A DNA stretch of 64,000 nt, from contig CAZBNF010000001.1 of NCBI GenBank assembly GCA_964493115.1, positions 1,786 through 65,785 on the forward strand, written 5' to 3'. Positions 44,527 through 53,581 of this stretch are shown here, piece after piece. The position numbers and the translations under genes were made by a program. The first letter of the stretch is position 1. Every line of letters starts with the position of its first letter. The stretch comes from an uncultured Planctomycetia bacterium (GTDB lineage: Bacteria; Omnitrophota; Gorgyraeia; JABMRG01). A model generated the notes under the pieces. That model had not been told where the DNA came from. It searched no databases and saw only the letters and a list, made by a program, of their open reading frames with translations.

Positions 44527-44542
44527 TGTTCCACGTGAAACT
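44527..44542. promoter_or_regulatory. parS: parS centromere site
   Basis: TGTTCCACGTGAAACT matches 14/16 of the consensus TGTTTCACGTGAAACA and lies 18 bp before parA. Confidence 0.85.
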
Positions 44543-44559
44543 TATGCGGAGAGGACTCA

Positions 44560-45507
44560 GTGGGCAAGACAATAGCAATATGTAATCAAAAAGGTGGTGT
44601 AGGCAAAACAACCACTTCTATTAATCTTGCAGCATCCCTTGCTCTTTTGGGCGCAAATACCCTGTTGGTTGATCTGGACCCGCAAGCGAATACTACAAGC
44701 GGCGTGGGCATAGATAAGAAAACTATTGCACACAGCATATACCACGTGCTTATTGGTGCGCAACCGTTAAAAAGTGTTGTTGTGAATACGGCTATTGATA
44801 AGATGTCTTTAGCCCCAGCAGATATGCATCTTAACGGCGCGCAAATAGAGCTGGTTAGCGCATTCAACAGGGAAAAGCGGTTAAAAGCTAGCTTAGAAGC
44901 AATAAAGCAAGAATACGATTTTATATTAATAGACTGTCCGCCAAGCTTGGGCCTGCTTACCATTAATGCCCTCACTGCTGCTGATACCACGCTTATACCA
45001 TTGCAATGCGAATATTATGCCATGGAAGGCTTAAGCCAGTTGCTTCATACGATTAAACTCGTGCAGGACCACCTTAACCCAGCCTTGGCCATAGAGGGGG
45101 TTGTTCTTACAATGGCAGATTATAGGACGAACCTGACTAATGAAGTTATAAGCGAAGCAAGGGCATTTTTTAAAGACAAGGTATATAATGCTATTATCCC
45201 CCGCTCTATTCGGCTGAGCGAAGCGCCTGGTCACGGGCAACCTGTTATTTTGTATGACAAACATTCAAACGGTGCTGTGGCTTATCAACAACTTGCTGTA
45301 GAGATACTTAATCATAACAACCTTATTAGCAGTACTTTACAAAGCATATCAAGCCTAACTAACAAACAACCCACAGAAACCATACATAGCGCAAATAATA
45401 ATGTTGAGCCAGCATGTGTGGACACAGCCAACACTCAAAACCCAACACTTAACCCCCAAAACTTAACACCTAATACCGAGCCCATAAGCGGAGGAGAGCA
45501 TGGATAA
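44560..45507 (+). CDS. parA: Chromosome partitioning ATPase ParA/Soj with a low-complexity C-terminal tail
   Basis: NQKGGVGKTT, DLDPQAN, DCPPSLG and QCEYYAMEG; GTG start with SD GAGGA. Confidence 0.96.
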   Translation: MGKTIAICNQKGGVGKTTTSINLAASLALLGANTLLVDLDPQANTTSGVGIDKKTIAHSIYHVLIGAQPLKSVVVNTAIDKMSLAPADMHLNGAQIELVSAFNREKRLKASLEAIKQEYDFILIDCPPSLGLLTINALTAADTTLIPLQCEYYAMEGLSQLLHTIKLVQDHLNPALAIEGVVLTMADYRTNLTNEVISEARAFFKDKVYNAIIPRSIRLSEAPGHGQPVILYDKHSNGAVAYQQLAVEILNHNNLISSTLQSISSLTNKQPTETIHSANNNVEPACVDTANTQNPTLNPQNLTPNTEPISGGEHG

Positions 45508-46372
45508 ACGTAAGGCCCTAGGGAGAGGTTTCCAGGCATTAATGCCTGATATGGATAGTGATAGCAATACTGCGAACATCTTAACAGCTCAAACAAGCGC
45601 CAGTGTGCATATGCTGAGCGTAGATGAAATTATACCAGGCAGATATCAACCGAGATCAGCTTTTAAGCAGGAAAAACTTGACGAGCTAATCTCATCGATT
45701 AAAGAAAAAGGTGTTGTCCAGCCGGTCCTTGTCAGGCGGACAGATGCCGGCTATGAGCTCATAGCCGGAGAGCGCCGCCTGCGCGCAGTAAAGACATTAG
45801 GCCTTAAAACCATGCCCGCGATTATCAAGGACGTGGATGATCTTAATGCTATGGAGATGGCGCTTATTGAAAACCTCCAGCGCGAAGACCTAAACCCAAT
45901 AGAAGAAGCTCATGCGTATCAGCGTCTCAACCAGGAATTCCACTTCACACAAGAACAGATTGCCCAAGCTATAGGCAGAGACAGGGCATCTGTGGCTAAC
46001 ACACTGCGCTTGCTTAACTTGCCGGATAAAATACAGCTCTTAGTGTCAGATGACATAATACAAATGGGTCACGCGCGGGCATTGCTTGCTGTGCCCGATG
46101 CGCAAAGGCAGATGCGCCTATGCGAAAAGATAATAAACAAAGGCCTGTCTGTGCGCGAGGTTGAGCATATGGTGCGGCCGCACGCGCAGCAACGCAGACA
46201 AAAGCCATATGGCGTTACGCAGGATCCACACACCCAGGCGGTAGAGGAAGAACTTGAAAAAATATTAGGGACAAAAATCAGCATACACCACAGAAAAAAA
46301 CGCGGAAAAATAATAATAGATTATTTTTCGCTGGATGACCTTAACCGCATAATCGAGATAATTAAAAAATGA
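45500..46372 (+). CDS. parB: Chromosome partitioning protein ParB/Spo0J
   Basis: ALGRG, AGERRLRA and ENLQREDLNPIEEA. Confidence 0.96.
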   Translation: MDKRKALGRGFQALMPDMDSDSNTANILTAQTSASVHMLSVDEIIPGRYQPRSAFKQEKLDELISSIKEKGVVQPVLVRRTDAGYELIAGERRLRAVKTLGLKTMPAIIKDVDDLNAMEMALIENLQREDLNPIEEAHAYQRLNQEFHFTQEQIAQAIGRDRASVANTLRLLNLPDKIQLLVSDDIIQMGHARALLAVPDAQRQMRLCEKIINKGLSVREVEHMVRPHAQQRRQKPYGVTQDPHTQAVEEELEKILGTKISIHHRKKRGKIIIDYFSLDDLNRIIEIIKK

Positions 46373-46455
46373 CAGCGTGTGTCATTTAAAATAGCAATTG
46401 ACATTTCTCTATCTCTATATATAATATATCAATACACAAACAAGAGACAATTTTT

Positions 46456-46956
46456 ATGAAAGAAGCTACATTAGTTCTTATCAAGCCGGACGGGCTTAAA
46501 AAATCCCTTACAGGAAATATCCTTACGCGGCTTTCCGAAACTAAGCTTGACATAGTCGCGACGCGCATAGCCCATGTTAGCGTTGAGTTAGCTAAAGAGC
46601 ATTACAGGGCGTTGGCAGGTAAACCGTTTTTTGCCGAACTCATCAAATATATACAAGGCGAGCTGCATGAAAAACGCAAAGTTATGGCAATGGTGTATTG
46701 TGGAGAAGGCGCTATAGAAAAGGTGCGCAAGATAGCAGGCGCCACCAACCCGGAAGAGGCTGACTCGGTAAGTATACGCGGCCAATATGGGCGGATTACC
46801 ACAAAGGGCGTCTATGAAAATGTTATACATGCCTCTGCCAATACTGAAGACGCGGAGCGTGAAATCAAGCTGTGGTTTAACCCTTCGGAAATTATCGTCG
46901 ATCTATACCCCACAAAAGAAGCGGAATTGGCCATACGCGGTAAGGTATGGGCTTAA
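46456..46956 (+). CDS. ndk: Nucleoside diphosphate kinase
   Basis: LIKPDG, GATNP, SIRG and NVIHAS. Confidence 0.93.
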   Translation: MKEATLVLIKPDGLKKSLTGNILTRLSETKLDIVATRIAHVSVELAKEHYRALAGKPFFAELIKYIQGELHEKRKVMAMVYCGEGAIEKVRKIAGATNPEEADSVSIRGQYGRITTKGVYENVIHASANTEDAEREIKLWFNPSEIIVDLYPTKEAELAIRGKVWA

Positions 46957-47004
46957 TCGTTAGCCCCGGTTATTTGCAAACCACTCAAAACAAAGGTAAA
47001 ATAT

Positions 47005-47886
47005 ATGTTGCTTAGCATGACAGGTTTTGGCAAGGGCGAGGCCTCAGGAAAGCCAGGTGTAGTGAAGATAGAGATCAAGAGCTTAAATTATAAATTTTTT
47101 GAAGTGATAAGCAAGCTTCCGCCCAATCTGGCAGTATTTGAGGACAGAGTAAGAGAGTTGCTTCAAAAAAGGGTGGCAAGAGGTAGGTTGAATCTTTTTC
47201 TGGCATATGATACTAATGCTAAAAAAACAGACGAGGTGCACCTTAATAAGGATATAGCAAAGCAATATTATAACAGAATAATCGCCCTAAAACGCTTTTT
47301 AGGCGCCAAAGGCGATATCAGTATAAGCCAGATTATAAATCTGCCGGGGGTTGTAGAATATAAGCCGCAGGAAGAGAAGACGAATAATCTGTGGCCTCTT
47401 ATACGGCAAGCCCTGGTGCTCGCGATTGATGATCTGCAAAAGGCCAAAGCCCGCGAAGGCCTGATGCTTAAAAAGAATGTCCGCAATATCGTCAAGGAGA
47501 TAGAGACCTCATTGCGCAAAATACAGATTCGTTCACCGCAGGTTACCAATGATTACAGAAAGAGGCTGTTAAAAAATGTCAAGGATTTAGCGGGTACCAA
47601 GCGTGCGTTAAACGGACAGCGCATCGCGGAAGAGGCCGCGGTGTTTGCTAGAAACTGTGATATAACAGAAGAAACACACAGGATAGCCGCGCATATAACA
47701 GGTTTTAAAAAGGTGCTTCTTAACAGCGGCGAGGCCGGCAGGCGGCTGGATTTTATAGCACAGGAAATGCATAGAGAGGTAAATACGATAGGGGCGAAAG
47801 CAAATGATTTTCCCATAGCAAAGGAAGTTATAAAGATAAAGAGCCAGATAGACAAGATAAGAGAGCAGGTGCAGAATGTCGAATAA
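47005..47886 (+). CDS. yicC: YicC/YloC family endoribonuclease
   Basis: [27 protein letters not shown] and REQVQNVE. Confidence 0.93.
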   Translation: MLLSMTGFGKGEASGKPGVVKIEIKSLNYKFFEVISKLPPNLAVFEDRVRELLQKRVARGRLNLFLAYDTNAKKTDEVHLNKDIAKQYYNRIIALKRFLGAKGDISISQIINLPGVVEYKPQEEKTNNLWPLIRQALVLAIDDLQKAKAREGLMLKKNVRNIVKEIETSLRKIQIRSPQVTNDYRKRLLKNVKDLAGTKRALNGQRIAEEAAVFARNCDITEETHRIAAHITGFKKVLLNSGEAGRRLDFIAQEMHREVNTIGAKANDFPIAKEVIKIKSQIDKIREQVQNVE

Positions 47887-48127
47887 GAAAAACTTCGCCA
47901 CCCTTATCAACCTGGGCTTTAACAACGTGGTTGTAAAGGAAAAAATAGTGGCAATAGTATCTCCTGATGCGGCACCTATAAAGCGCTTAAAGGAAGAGGC
48001 GCGGCAAAGCAAAAAACTTATTGACGCTACAAGCGGTAGGCGCGCGCGCGCGGTTATTATAACAGAAAGCGACCACGTGATTTTAGCAAGCGTTCAGCCC
48101 GAGACCATAGCCCAAAGGTTTAAGTGA
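47876..48127 (+). CDS. remA: DUF370/RemA family regulator
   Basis: [24 protein letters not shown] and VQPETI; sits in the yicC-remA-gmk-rpoZ synteny. Confidence 0.85.
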   Translation: MSNKKNFATLINLGFNNVVVKEKIVAIVSPDAAPIKRLKEEARQSKKLIDATSGRRARAVIITESDHVILASVQPETIAQRFK

Positions 48128-48738
48128 TGGTAATGCCTGCCTTACCTCCGATAGTATTAAAAAAGATAAAAACAAAAGGCAGGCTTTTTGTTGTATCAGG
48201 GCCTTCAGGCTGCGGCAAAACCACGCTGTGTGAAAAACTGCTGAAACAGAACTTAGGCCTTGTCCGGTCAGTGTCAGTTACCACACGCGAAGCCCGCGGG
48301 ACGGAGCAGCATAAAAAAGATTACATCTATACAAGTACGGCGGATTTTAAACACCAGCTGGGTAAAGGGTTGTTTTTAGAGTATGCTCAGGTTTTTGGTA
48401 ATTATTATGGCACCCCGAAACGTTTTATAGAAAATAAACTGGAACGAGGCAAGGATGTTTTACTGAACATAGACGTTCAGGGGGCCGCGCAGATAAAGCG
48501 AAAATCAAAAGATGCTGTTCTGGTATTTATCCTGCCGCCATCTATACAAGAACTCAAAAGGCGCCTTTTGGGGCGCTTAACCGATACAAAAGCACAGATA
48601 CGCAAGCGGCTTACTATCGCGCGGACAGAGTTAACGGCAATTAATAGTTATGACTATTATGTGATTAATGGGAACCTGAAGGCCGCGGCTGAAGAATTAA
48701 AACATATTATAATGGCCTCGCGGCGCAGAATATTATAG
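48124..48738 (+). CDS. gmk: Guanylate kinase
   Basis: [20 protein letters not shown] and IDVQGA. Exact start uncertain. Confidence 0.95.
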   Translation: MMVMPALPPIVLKKIKTKGRLFVVSGPSGCGKTTLCEKLLKQNLGLVRSVSVTTREARGTEQHKKDYIYTSTADFKHQLGKGLFLEYAQVFGNYYGTPKRFIENKLERGKDVLLNIDVQGAAQIKRKSKDAVLVFILPPSIQELKRRLLGRLTDTKAQIRKRLTIARTELTAINSYDYYVINGNLKAAAEELKHIIMASRRRIL

Positions 48739-48747
48739 GAGGACGAT

Positions 48748-48951
48748 TTGGATAAAATAAACATAGACTTAGAAACACTTTATAATAAGACAGGCAGTAT
48801 CTATAAGCTGGTTGTAATGGCAGCCAAGCGCGCGATAGAGATAAACGCGGGTGCCGCGCAGTTAACGCAGCACCAGAAAGGTAATGTTATCGCGACAGCC
48901 CTGCAGGAAATATCAGAAGGCAAGGTATCTTTCAAGGCGCGTAAAGCATAA
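48748..48951 (+). CDS. rpoZ: RNA polymerase omega subunit
   Basis: SIYKLVVMAAKRA and ALQEISEG; TTG start with SD AGGAGG. Confidence 0.9.
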   Translation: MDKINIDLETLYNKTGSIYKLVVMAAKRAIEINAGAAQLTQHQKGNVIATALQEISEGKVSFKARKA

Positions 48952-48959
48952 TAAGACAG

Positions 48960-49514
48960 ATGCGAAAAACAAACGGAAAGAAACATACAGTTCTTCTTGG
49001 CGTATGTGCCGGGATAGCGGCCTACAAAGCGTGCGACGTTATAAGCTGTTTGCGCAAAGATAATATAGATGTCGTGGTATGCATGAGCAAAGACGCGCAC
49101 CATTTTATAACACCTCTTACATTACAGACATTATCCGCCAACAAGGTTTTTGAAGGCATGTTTGCGCGTCAGCAGGATTATAGCCCGGTTCACATATCGC
49201 TTGCCGAGAAAGCGGACCTTGTGCTTATTGTTCCGGCAACAGCGGATATTATAGCAAAAACAGCGCACGGAATCTGCGATGAACTGCTTACCTGTACCAT
49301 TGCCTCCACTGCCGCGCCTGTCTTATTTGCCCCCGCGATGAATAGCCTGATGTATAAGAATAAAACACTGCAGGCAAATATCAGCACATTAAAAAAACTC
49401 CATTATCATTTCGTAGGCCCTGTAACAGGCCGTCTTGCCTGCGGCACAACAGGTATCGGGCATATCGCGGATACAGATGATATCCTGCGTAAGGCCAAGA
49501 CCCTCCTTAAATGA
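48960..49514 (+). CDS. coaC: Phosphopantothenoylcysteine decarboxylase (stand-alone CoaC half)
   Basis: GIAAYK, HISLA, PATAD, PAMN and LACG. Confidence 0.9.
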   Translation: MRKTNGKKHTVLLGVCAGIAAYKACDVISCLRKDNIDVVVCMSKDAHHFITPLTLQTLSANKVFEGMFARQQDYSPVHISLAEKADLVLIVPATADIIAKTAHGICDELLTCTIASTAAPVLFAPAMNSLMYKNKTLQANISTLKKLHYHFVGPVTGRLACGTTGIGHIADTDDILRKAKTLLK

Positions 49515-50167
49515 TCCCGCTTAATATATTAATTACAGCAGGTCCGACACACGAAGCGATAGACCCTGTGCGGTTTATTACCAACCACTCCACAGGCCAG
49601 ATGGGCTATATAATAGCGCGCAAAGCCCAACGCGCAGGCCACAAGGTAACGCTTATAAGCGGGCCAGCGGGCCTTAATCCCCCGTCACATGTGCGGATGA
49701 TCAGTGTGCGCACCGCGCGGGAGATGTTCGGCAAGGTAAAAACTTATATCAAAGGTAAAGATTGTCTTATTATGTCTGCGGCAGTGTCAGATTTTCGCCC
49801 TATTGTGTGTTTAGCAGGTAAAATGAAAAGAAAGAATAGCCCGGGGGTGATTCGTCTTCAACAAAATCCTGACATACTCTCCTGGGTGGGCAAGCATAAA
49901 GGGAGGCTTATTGTAGCGGGTTTTTGCATGGAGACGAAAAATCTTTTAAAGCACGCTAAAGAAAAACAGAAAACAAAAAATGCCGACTTTATGATAGCAA
50001 ACAGGATAACGAAACTCAACACGCCATTTGGGGCAGGCCCAACAAGCGTCGCTATCCTGTGCCCTGGCAATAAAACATTACGCTTACACAACGTAAGCAA
50101 GGATAAAGTAGCCGGAATTCTGCTTGATAAAATACAGAAATTGTGGTATAAAAAACATCCTCAATAA
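49511..50167 (+). CDS. coaB: Phosphopantothenate-cysteine ligase (stand-alone CoaB half)
   Basis: ITAGPT, IDPVRFITNHSTGQMG, AAVSDF and NPDIL. Confidence 0.9.
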   Translation: MIPLNILITAGPTHEAIDPVRFITNHSTGQMGYIIARKAQRAGHKVTLISGPAGLNPPSHVRMISVRTAREMFGKVKTYIKGKDCLIMSAAVSDFRPIVCLAGKMKRKNSPGVIRLQQNPDILSWVGKHKGRLIVAGFCMETKNLLKHAKEKQKTKNADFMIANRITKLNTPFGAGPTSVAILCPGNKTLRLHNVSKDKVAGILLDKIQKLWYKKHPQ

Positions 50168-50178
50168 GATTTACCCAG

Positions 50179-50253
50179 GGCGTGGTACCCAAGCGGTAAG
50201 GGAGCGGTTTGCAAAACCGTTATTCACCGGTTCGAATCCGGTCCACGCCTCCA
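50179..50253 (+). tRNA. tRNA-Cys (GCA)
   Basis: GGCGTGGTACCCAAGCGGTAAGGGAGCGGTTTGCAAAACCGT...GGTTCGAATCCGGTCCACGCCTCCA. Confidence 0.95.
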
Positions 50254-50570
50254 TTCTTAATTATTCTATAATTCTAATAATCCTATCTCTCGCGATAACT
50301 GTATTTGCACAGCAATTAAAGCTATATGAAGTATCTCCTACAGATTGGGCCTCACTCTCAGAGATGGAAAAAGAAATATTTGTTGCCCAGTCCTGTCAGG
50401 AGATTATGGAAATCGGCAAAGAAAAGTTTGCTATCATCCCTGATGTGAAGATGATTGTCAGGGCTCTGGATGCAGGTGTTAAAGAAGTTAAAAAAGAAAA
50501 CCCAAAAATCACCATGTTTAAACTTCTATACCATTCCCTGAAAGATACTGGATATTTTGTACAACACTAA
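50254..50570 (+). pseudogene. Secreted hypothetical protein lacking a standard start codon (5'-truncated or non-canonical start)
   Basis: Signal-peptide-like IILIILSLAITVFA-QQ begins directly after the tRNA CCA, with no ATG or GTG or SD between the tRNA and the signal segment. Confidence 0.5.
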
Positions 50571-50584
50571 AAGCGAGGTTAGAT

Positions 50585-50722
50585 ATGACTTGCCCCCTAT
50601 TAGATTTATGCAAATGTGACGGAGCGCAAATATGTTTATTCTGTAAAGTACTCACAGGTATAGCTATTGCTGTGGCAGCTGGTGCAGTGGGGTATGTTGT
50701 AGGTAAAAGGAAAAGAGGTTAA
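50585..50722 (+). CDS. 45-aa Cys-rich single-TM peptide
   Basis: MTCPLLDLCKCDGAQICLFCKVLTGIAIAVAAGAVGYVVGKRKRG with SD GAGGT. Confidence 0.65.
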   Translation: MTCPLLDLCKCDGAQICLFCKVLTGIAIAVAAGAVGYVVGKRKRG

Positions 50723-50857
50723 GCATAAAATAGCAGAAATGGGTTGACTTATCATTAAAGGTATGGTAAATTTATTATGCAAGGTTTACATATGTAAATG
50801 ATGATAATGTGGTTTACAAAAGTAAATAGAATTTAGCTAGTTTACAAGGTGGAATAA

Positions 50858-51115
50858 ATGGAAAACAAAGAGTTTATGTCAATACCTGAGGCTGCAAAAG
50901 TGCTTGGTTTGAGCCGACAAGCAGTGCATAAGAGGGTTAAAAATGGGAAAATCGAGGCAATTAGGATAGGCAGAAACTACGCTATTCCTATAAAGAATTT
51001 AATCGGCGTGGTGAACAAAAGTCTTCAAGATGAAGATAAGGACAAAATACGTGATATAGTGAAAAGGGTCGTTGAGGAGTATGGAGAAGTGCTTAAATTG
51101 CTGGGTGATGGATAA
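50858..51115 (+). CDS. Excisionase-like HTH protein, probable antitoxin of the adjacent Doc toxin
   Basis: MSIPEAAKVLGLSRQAVHKRVKNGKIEAIRIGRNYAI plus a C-terminal helix VVEEYGEVLKLLG; its stop overlaps the toxin start. Confidence 0.75.
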   Translation: MENKEFMSIPEAAKVLGLSRQAVHKRVKNGKIEAIRIGRNYAIPIKNLIGVVNKSLQDEDKDKIRDIVKRVVEEYGEVLKLLGDG

Positions 51116-51531
51116 TGGCAAGTATTTCATTAGAAGAAGTTCAGTTTATAGCGCATGAATTAGCCCAGCAAAAACTAGGCTTCAATGAGCCAATACCGAG
51201 TTTTACTACACGTTATCCAAAAATATTGGAAAGCTGTTTAGCGGCCCCATTTCAAACATTTTCTAGAAAGGAACTATATCCAGGATTAGTTAACAAAGCA
51301 AGTATGCTGTTTTACCTTATGATTAAAAACCATCCTTTTCAGAATGGCAATAAAAGAGTAGCTGTAACAACCTTATTATTTTTTCTTGCCAAACATAAAA
51401 AGTGGATAAAGGCTAATTTTAGAACGCTATACCACTTTGCTGTCGACGTTGCTCAAAGCGATGCCAAGAAAACGAAGCAAATGCTGTTATATATAAAAAA
51501 TTTCATAGAAACTTTTATGGTGGATATCTAG
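51115..51531 (+). CDS. doc: Fic/Doc family (death-on-curing) toxin
   Basis: LESCLAAP, LYPGLVNKAS and HPFQNGNKR. Confidence 0.88.
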   Translation: MASISLEEVQFIAHELAQQKLGFNEPIPSFTTRYPKILESCLAAPFQTFSRKELYPGLVNKASMLFYLMIKNHPFQNGNKRVAVTTLLFFLAKHKKWIKANFRTLYHFAVDVAQSDAKKTKQMLLYIKNFIETFMVDI

Positions 51532-51532
51532 A

Positions 51533-51820
51533 ATGGCTATATACAAGAAAAAAACAGATTACTACATAGACTACTACGCTAACGGTAGGCGTATACGAGA
51601 GAAGGTAGGTTCATCTAAGACTCTTGCTGAGAATGTTCTGCGTAAGCGCAAGCTTGCCATAGCAGAGAATAGATTCCTTGATGTTAGGAAGCAGAATAAG
51701 ATTAAGTTTGAAGAGGTTAAGGATATACGAAAATCCTTCTGGACAGCCTGTAAGGAATCTGTTATATTAAATGTCCGTTTCCATGGGCTAAAGTACACTT
51801 TTACATTTATAAGCAGTTAG
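51533..51820 (+). pseudogene. Internally deleted tyrosine integrase remnant
   Basis: An N-terminal arm (YYIDYYANGRRIREKVG) is joined directly to a decayed box II (KSFWTACK...RFHGLKYTF, compare RFHDLRHTF). Abuts tRNA-Val. Confidence 0.8.
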
Positions 51821-51827
51821 GTTCTTC

Positions 51828-51904
51828 GGGCGCATAGCTCAGTTGGTTAGAGCGCCACGTTGACATCGTGGAGGTCAGAGGTTCAACTCCTCTTGTGCCC
51901 ACCA
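51828..51904 (+). tRNA. tRNA-Val (GAC)
   Basis: GGGCGCATAGCTCAGTTGGTTAGAGCGCCACGTTGACATCGTGG...GGTTCAACTCCTCTTGTGCCCACCA. Confidence 0.95.
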
Positions 51905-51922
51905 TTTAGTTGACAGATAAGT

Positions 51923-51962
51923 AAAAAAACGCGTCCTGCTTAAAACAGGACGCGTTTTTTTT
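51923..51962. terminator. Bidirectional Rho-independent terminator
   Basis: A7-CGCGTCCTG-loop-CAGGACGCG-T8 between the convergent tRNA-Val and GGDEF genes. Confidence 0.88.
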
Positions 51963-51976
51963 GCAAAGACTATTTT

Positions 51977-53320
51977 TTAAACCGGGCGCGGGGTATGCGG
52001 AGGCCAGGGCTCTTTACGTTGGTCAATGACAAAACAGCTGCCAGGCATATTTTTCGCTTTTTTCTTCACCTCAGCGGCTATATTGGTTACCTCGCCGTAA
52101 GAAGCAATAGGCCTTATCATATTGCTTATGCCCGCAAGAGATATAGTCATTATAGGGAACTTTATTATCTCATCACCATGGCGCGCTTTTGCCTCTATGT
52201 AGCCTTTGCCAAGATCCTCATTATCATATAATGGCCTTATGCGCTTATCGAATTCAGTAGTTATGCAGCTGCTGATATTGTCCGCTCTTTCAGGCGCAGT
52301 AAGTAATATAAAATCATCCCCACCCTCATGGCCTATAAAATCATCCGCGGAACCGTTTTTTCCCACAGCCTCTTTGAAGATCTCAGCGGTAAGCTTTATG
52401 GCGTCATCGCCCTTATGTATGCCGTATTTGTCGTTGAATGCCTTGAAATTATCCAGGTCGCAGTAAATCACAGTGAACTTCTCATTTTTTGATATACGCT
52501 CCTCCACCCGTTCCTGTATTACTATATTACCGGGCAGCTTAGTCAGCGGGTTGGCATTCTCTGCCCTCTGGCGCATTTTTTTAAGGTCTATTGCCATCAA
52601 ATTAAATGTGTCGGAAAGTTCTTCAAGCTCATCATTTGTATTAATATGAATCCTTAGATTTAAATCACCGCCAGCGATTTCTTTTGTAGCGGTGTTAAGC
52701 AATGATATAGGCCTTGTTACCCGCTTTGACAGCATGATGCCAAAAAATGTTGATGAAATAATAACTATTATTACAGTAAGTATCAGAGGCGCGTAAACCT
52801 GCTTAAGCGCGTCCTGCATATTGCCAAGAGAGATATCAAGACGCCCGACATAAGATGTACCGTCCTCCTTGGGCCTTATTGGTATATATAATGCAATAGT
52901 CCTTGTATGCTTGTCTACATAGGTATTGATACCCCTTGCGGACGAGCCGCCTTGCAGTGCCTGGCTGATCTGCGCTAATTCTGCGGTTGAGGCTTTTTTG
53001 CCAGTATATAGGTTATGGGTAGATGCCTTTATAGCCCCATCGTCTGAATATATATAGGCAGTATCAAAAAGCCCGGACTGGGTCAGCTGGTTTAGAGAGT
53101 TATGAAGAGTTTTGCTGATATTATCCTGCGCGCCAGGCTCGTTTAAAGATTTTTGTACTGCATCTTTTAATATCTGAGCGGCTAATCGCGCCTGCAAAGA
53201 GTTGAAAAGGGTGATTACGTGCAGCTGATTCTGAACCTGTATTGCCGCAAAAGCGCTTATGAGGACTACGGCAAATATAATTATAGCAGTCGTAATTCTA
53301 TTTTTTAAAGTAACGCGCAT
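51977..53320 (-). CDS. Membrane HAMP-GGDEF diguanylate cyclase
   Basis: Two TM helices, HAMP (NDELEELSDTFN), NPLTKLPGN, DLDNFKAFNDKYG and GHEGGDDF. Confidence 0.9.
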   Translation of the reverse strand: MRVTLKNRITTAIIIFAVVLISAFAAIQVQNQLHVITLFNSLQARLAAQILKDAVQKSLNEPGAQDNISKTLHNSLNQLTQSGLFDTAYIYSDDGAIKASTHNLYTGKKASTAELAQISQALQGGSSARGINTYVDKHTRTIALYIPIRPKEDGTSYVGRLDISLGNMQDALKQVYAPLILTVIIVIISSTFFGIMLSKRVTRPISLLNTATKEIAGGDLNLRIHINTNDELEELSDTFNLMAIDLKKMRQRAENANPLTKLPGNIVIQERVEERISKNEKFTVIYCDLDNFKAFNDKYGIHKGDDAIKLTAEIFKEAVGKNGSADDFIGHEGGDDFILLTAPERADNISSCITTEFDKRIRPLYDNEDLGKGYIEAKARHGDEIIKFPIMTISLAGISNMIRPIASYGEVTNIAAEVKKKAKNMPGSCFVIDQRKEPWPPHTPRPV

Positions 53321-53476
53321 ATAGTTTCCCTGTTTAAATTACACTTATTTTACTATAAAGTATATGCAATGTCAATACTCATGGGCAAATGGCCTCGGTA
53401 TTTATTGACAAAGCACGGGTTTTTTGGTATATTACGCTAAACAAGTTGCCCGTTAATCATATAAATACAACAAGGC

Positions 53477-53565
53477 GCCGGGATGGCGGAATTGGCAGAC
53501 GCCTTGGACTTAAAATCCAATGGGTAGTAATACCCGTGCCGGTTCAAATCCGGCTCCCGGCACCA
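53477..53565 (+). tRNA. tRNA-Leu (TAA)
   Basis: GCCGGGATGGCGGAATTGGCAGACGCCTTGGACTTAAAATCCAA, long variable arm, GGTTCAAATCCGGCTCCCGGCACCA. TTGACA-17-TATATT promoter upstream. Confidence 0.95.
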
Positions 53566-53581
53566 TAACATAGAAAAGAAT

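Noticed and set aside
48960-50167. Frameshifted coaBC pseudogene
   Set aside because: Both halves keep all their motifs and join by an ATGA overlap; split coaC and coaB genes are known in other bacteria.
50124-50253. 5' part of the 148-aa ORF at 50124
   Set aside because: It overlaps coaB and the whole tRNA-Cys; only the part after the tRNA looks protein-like.
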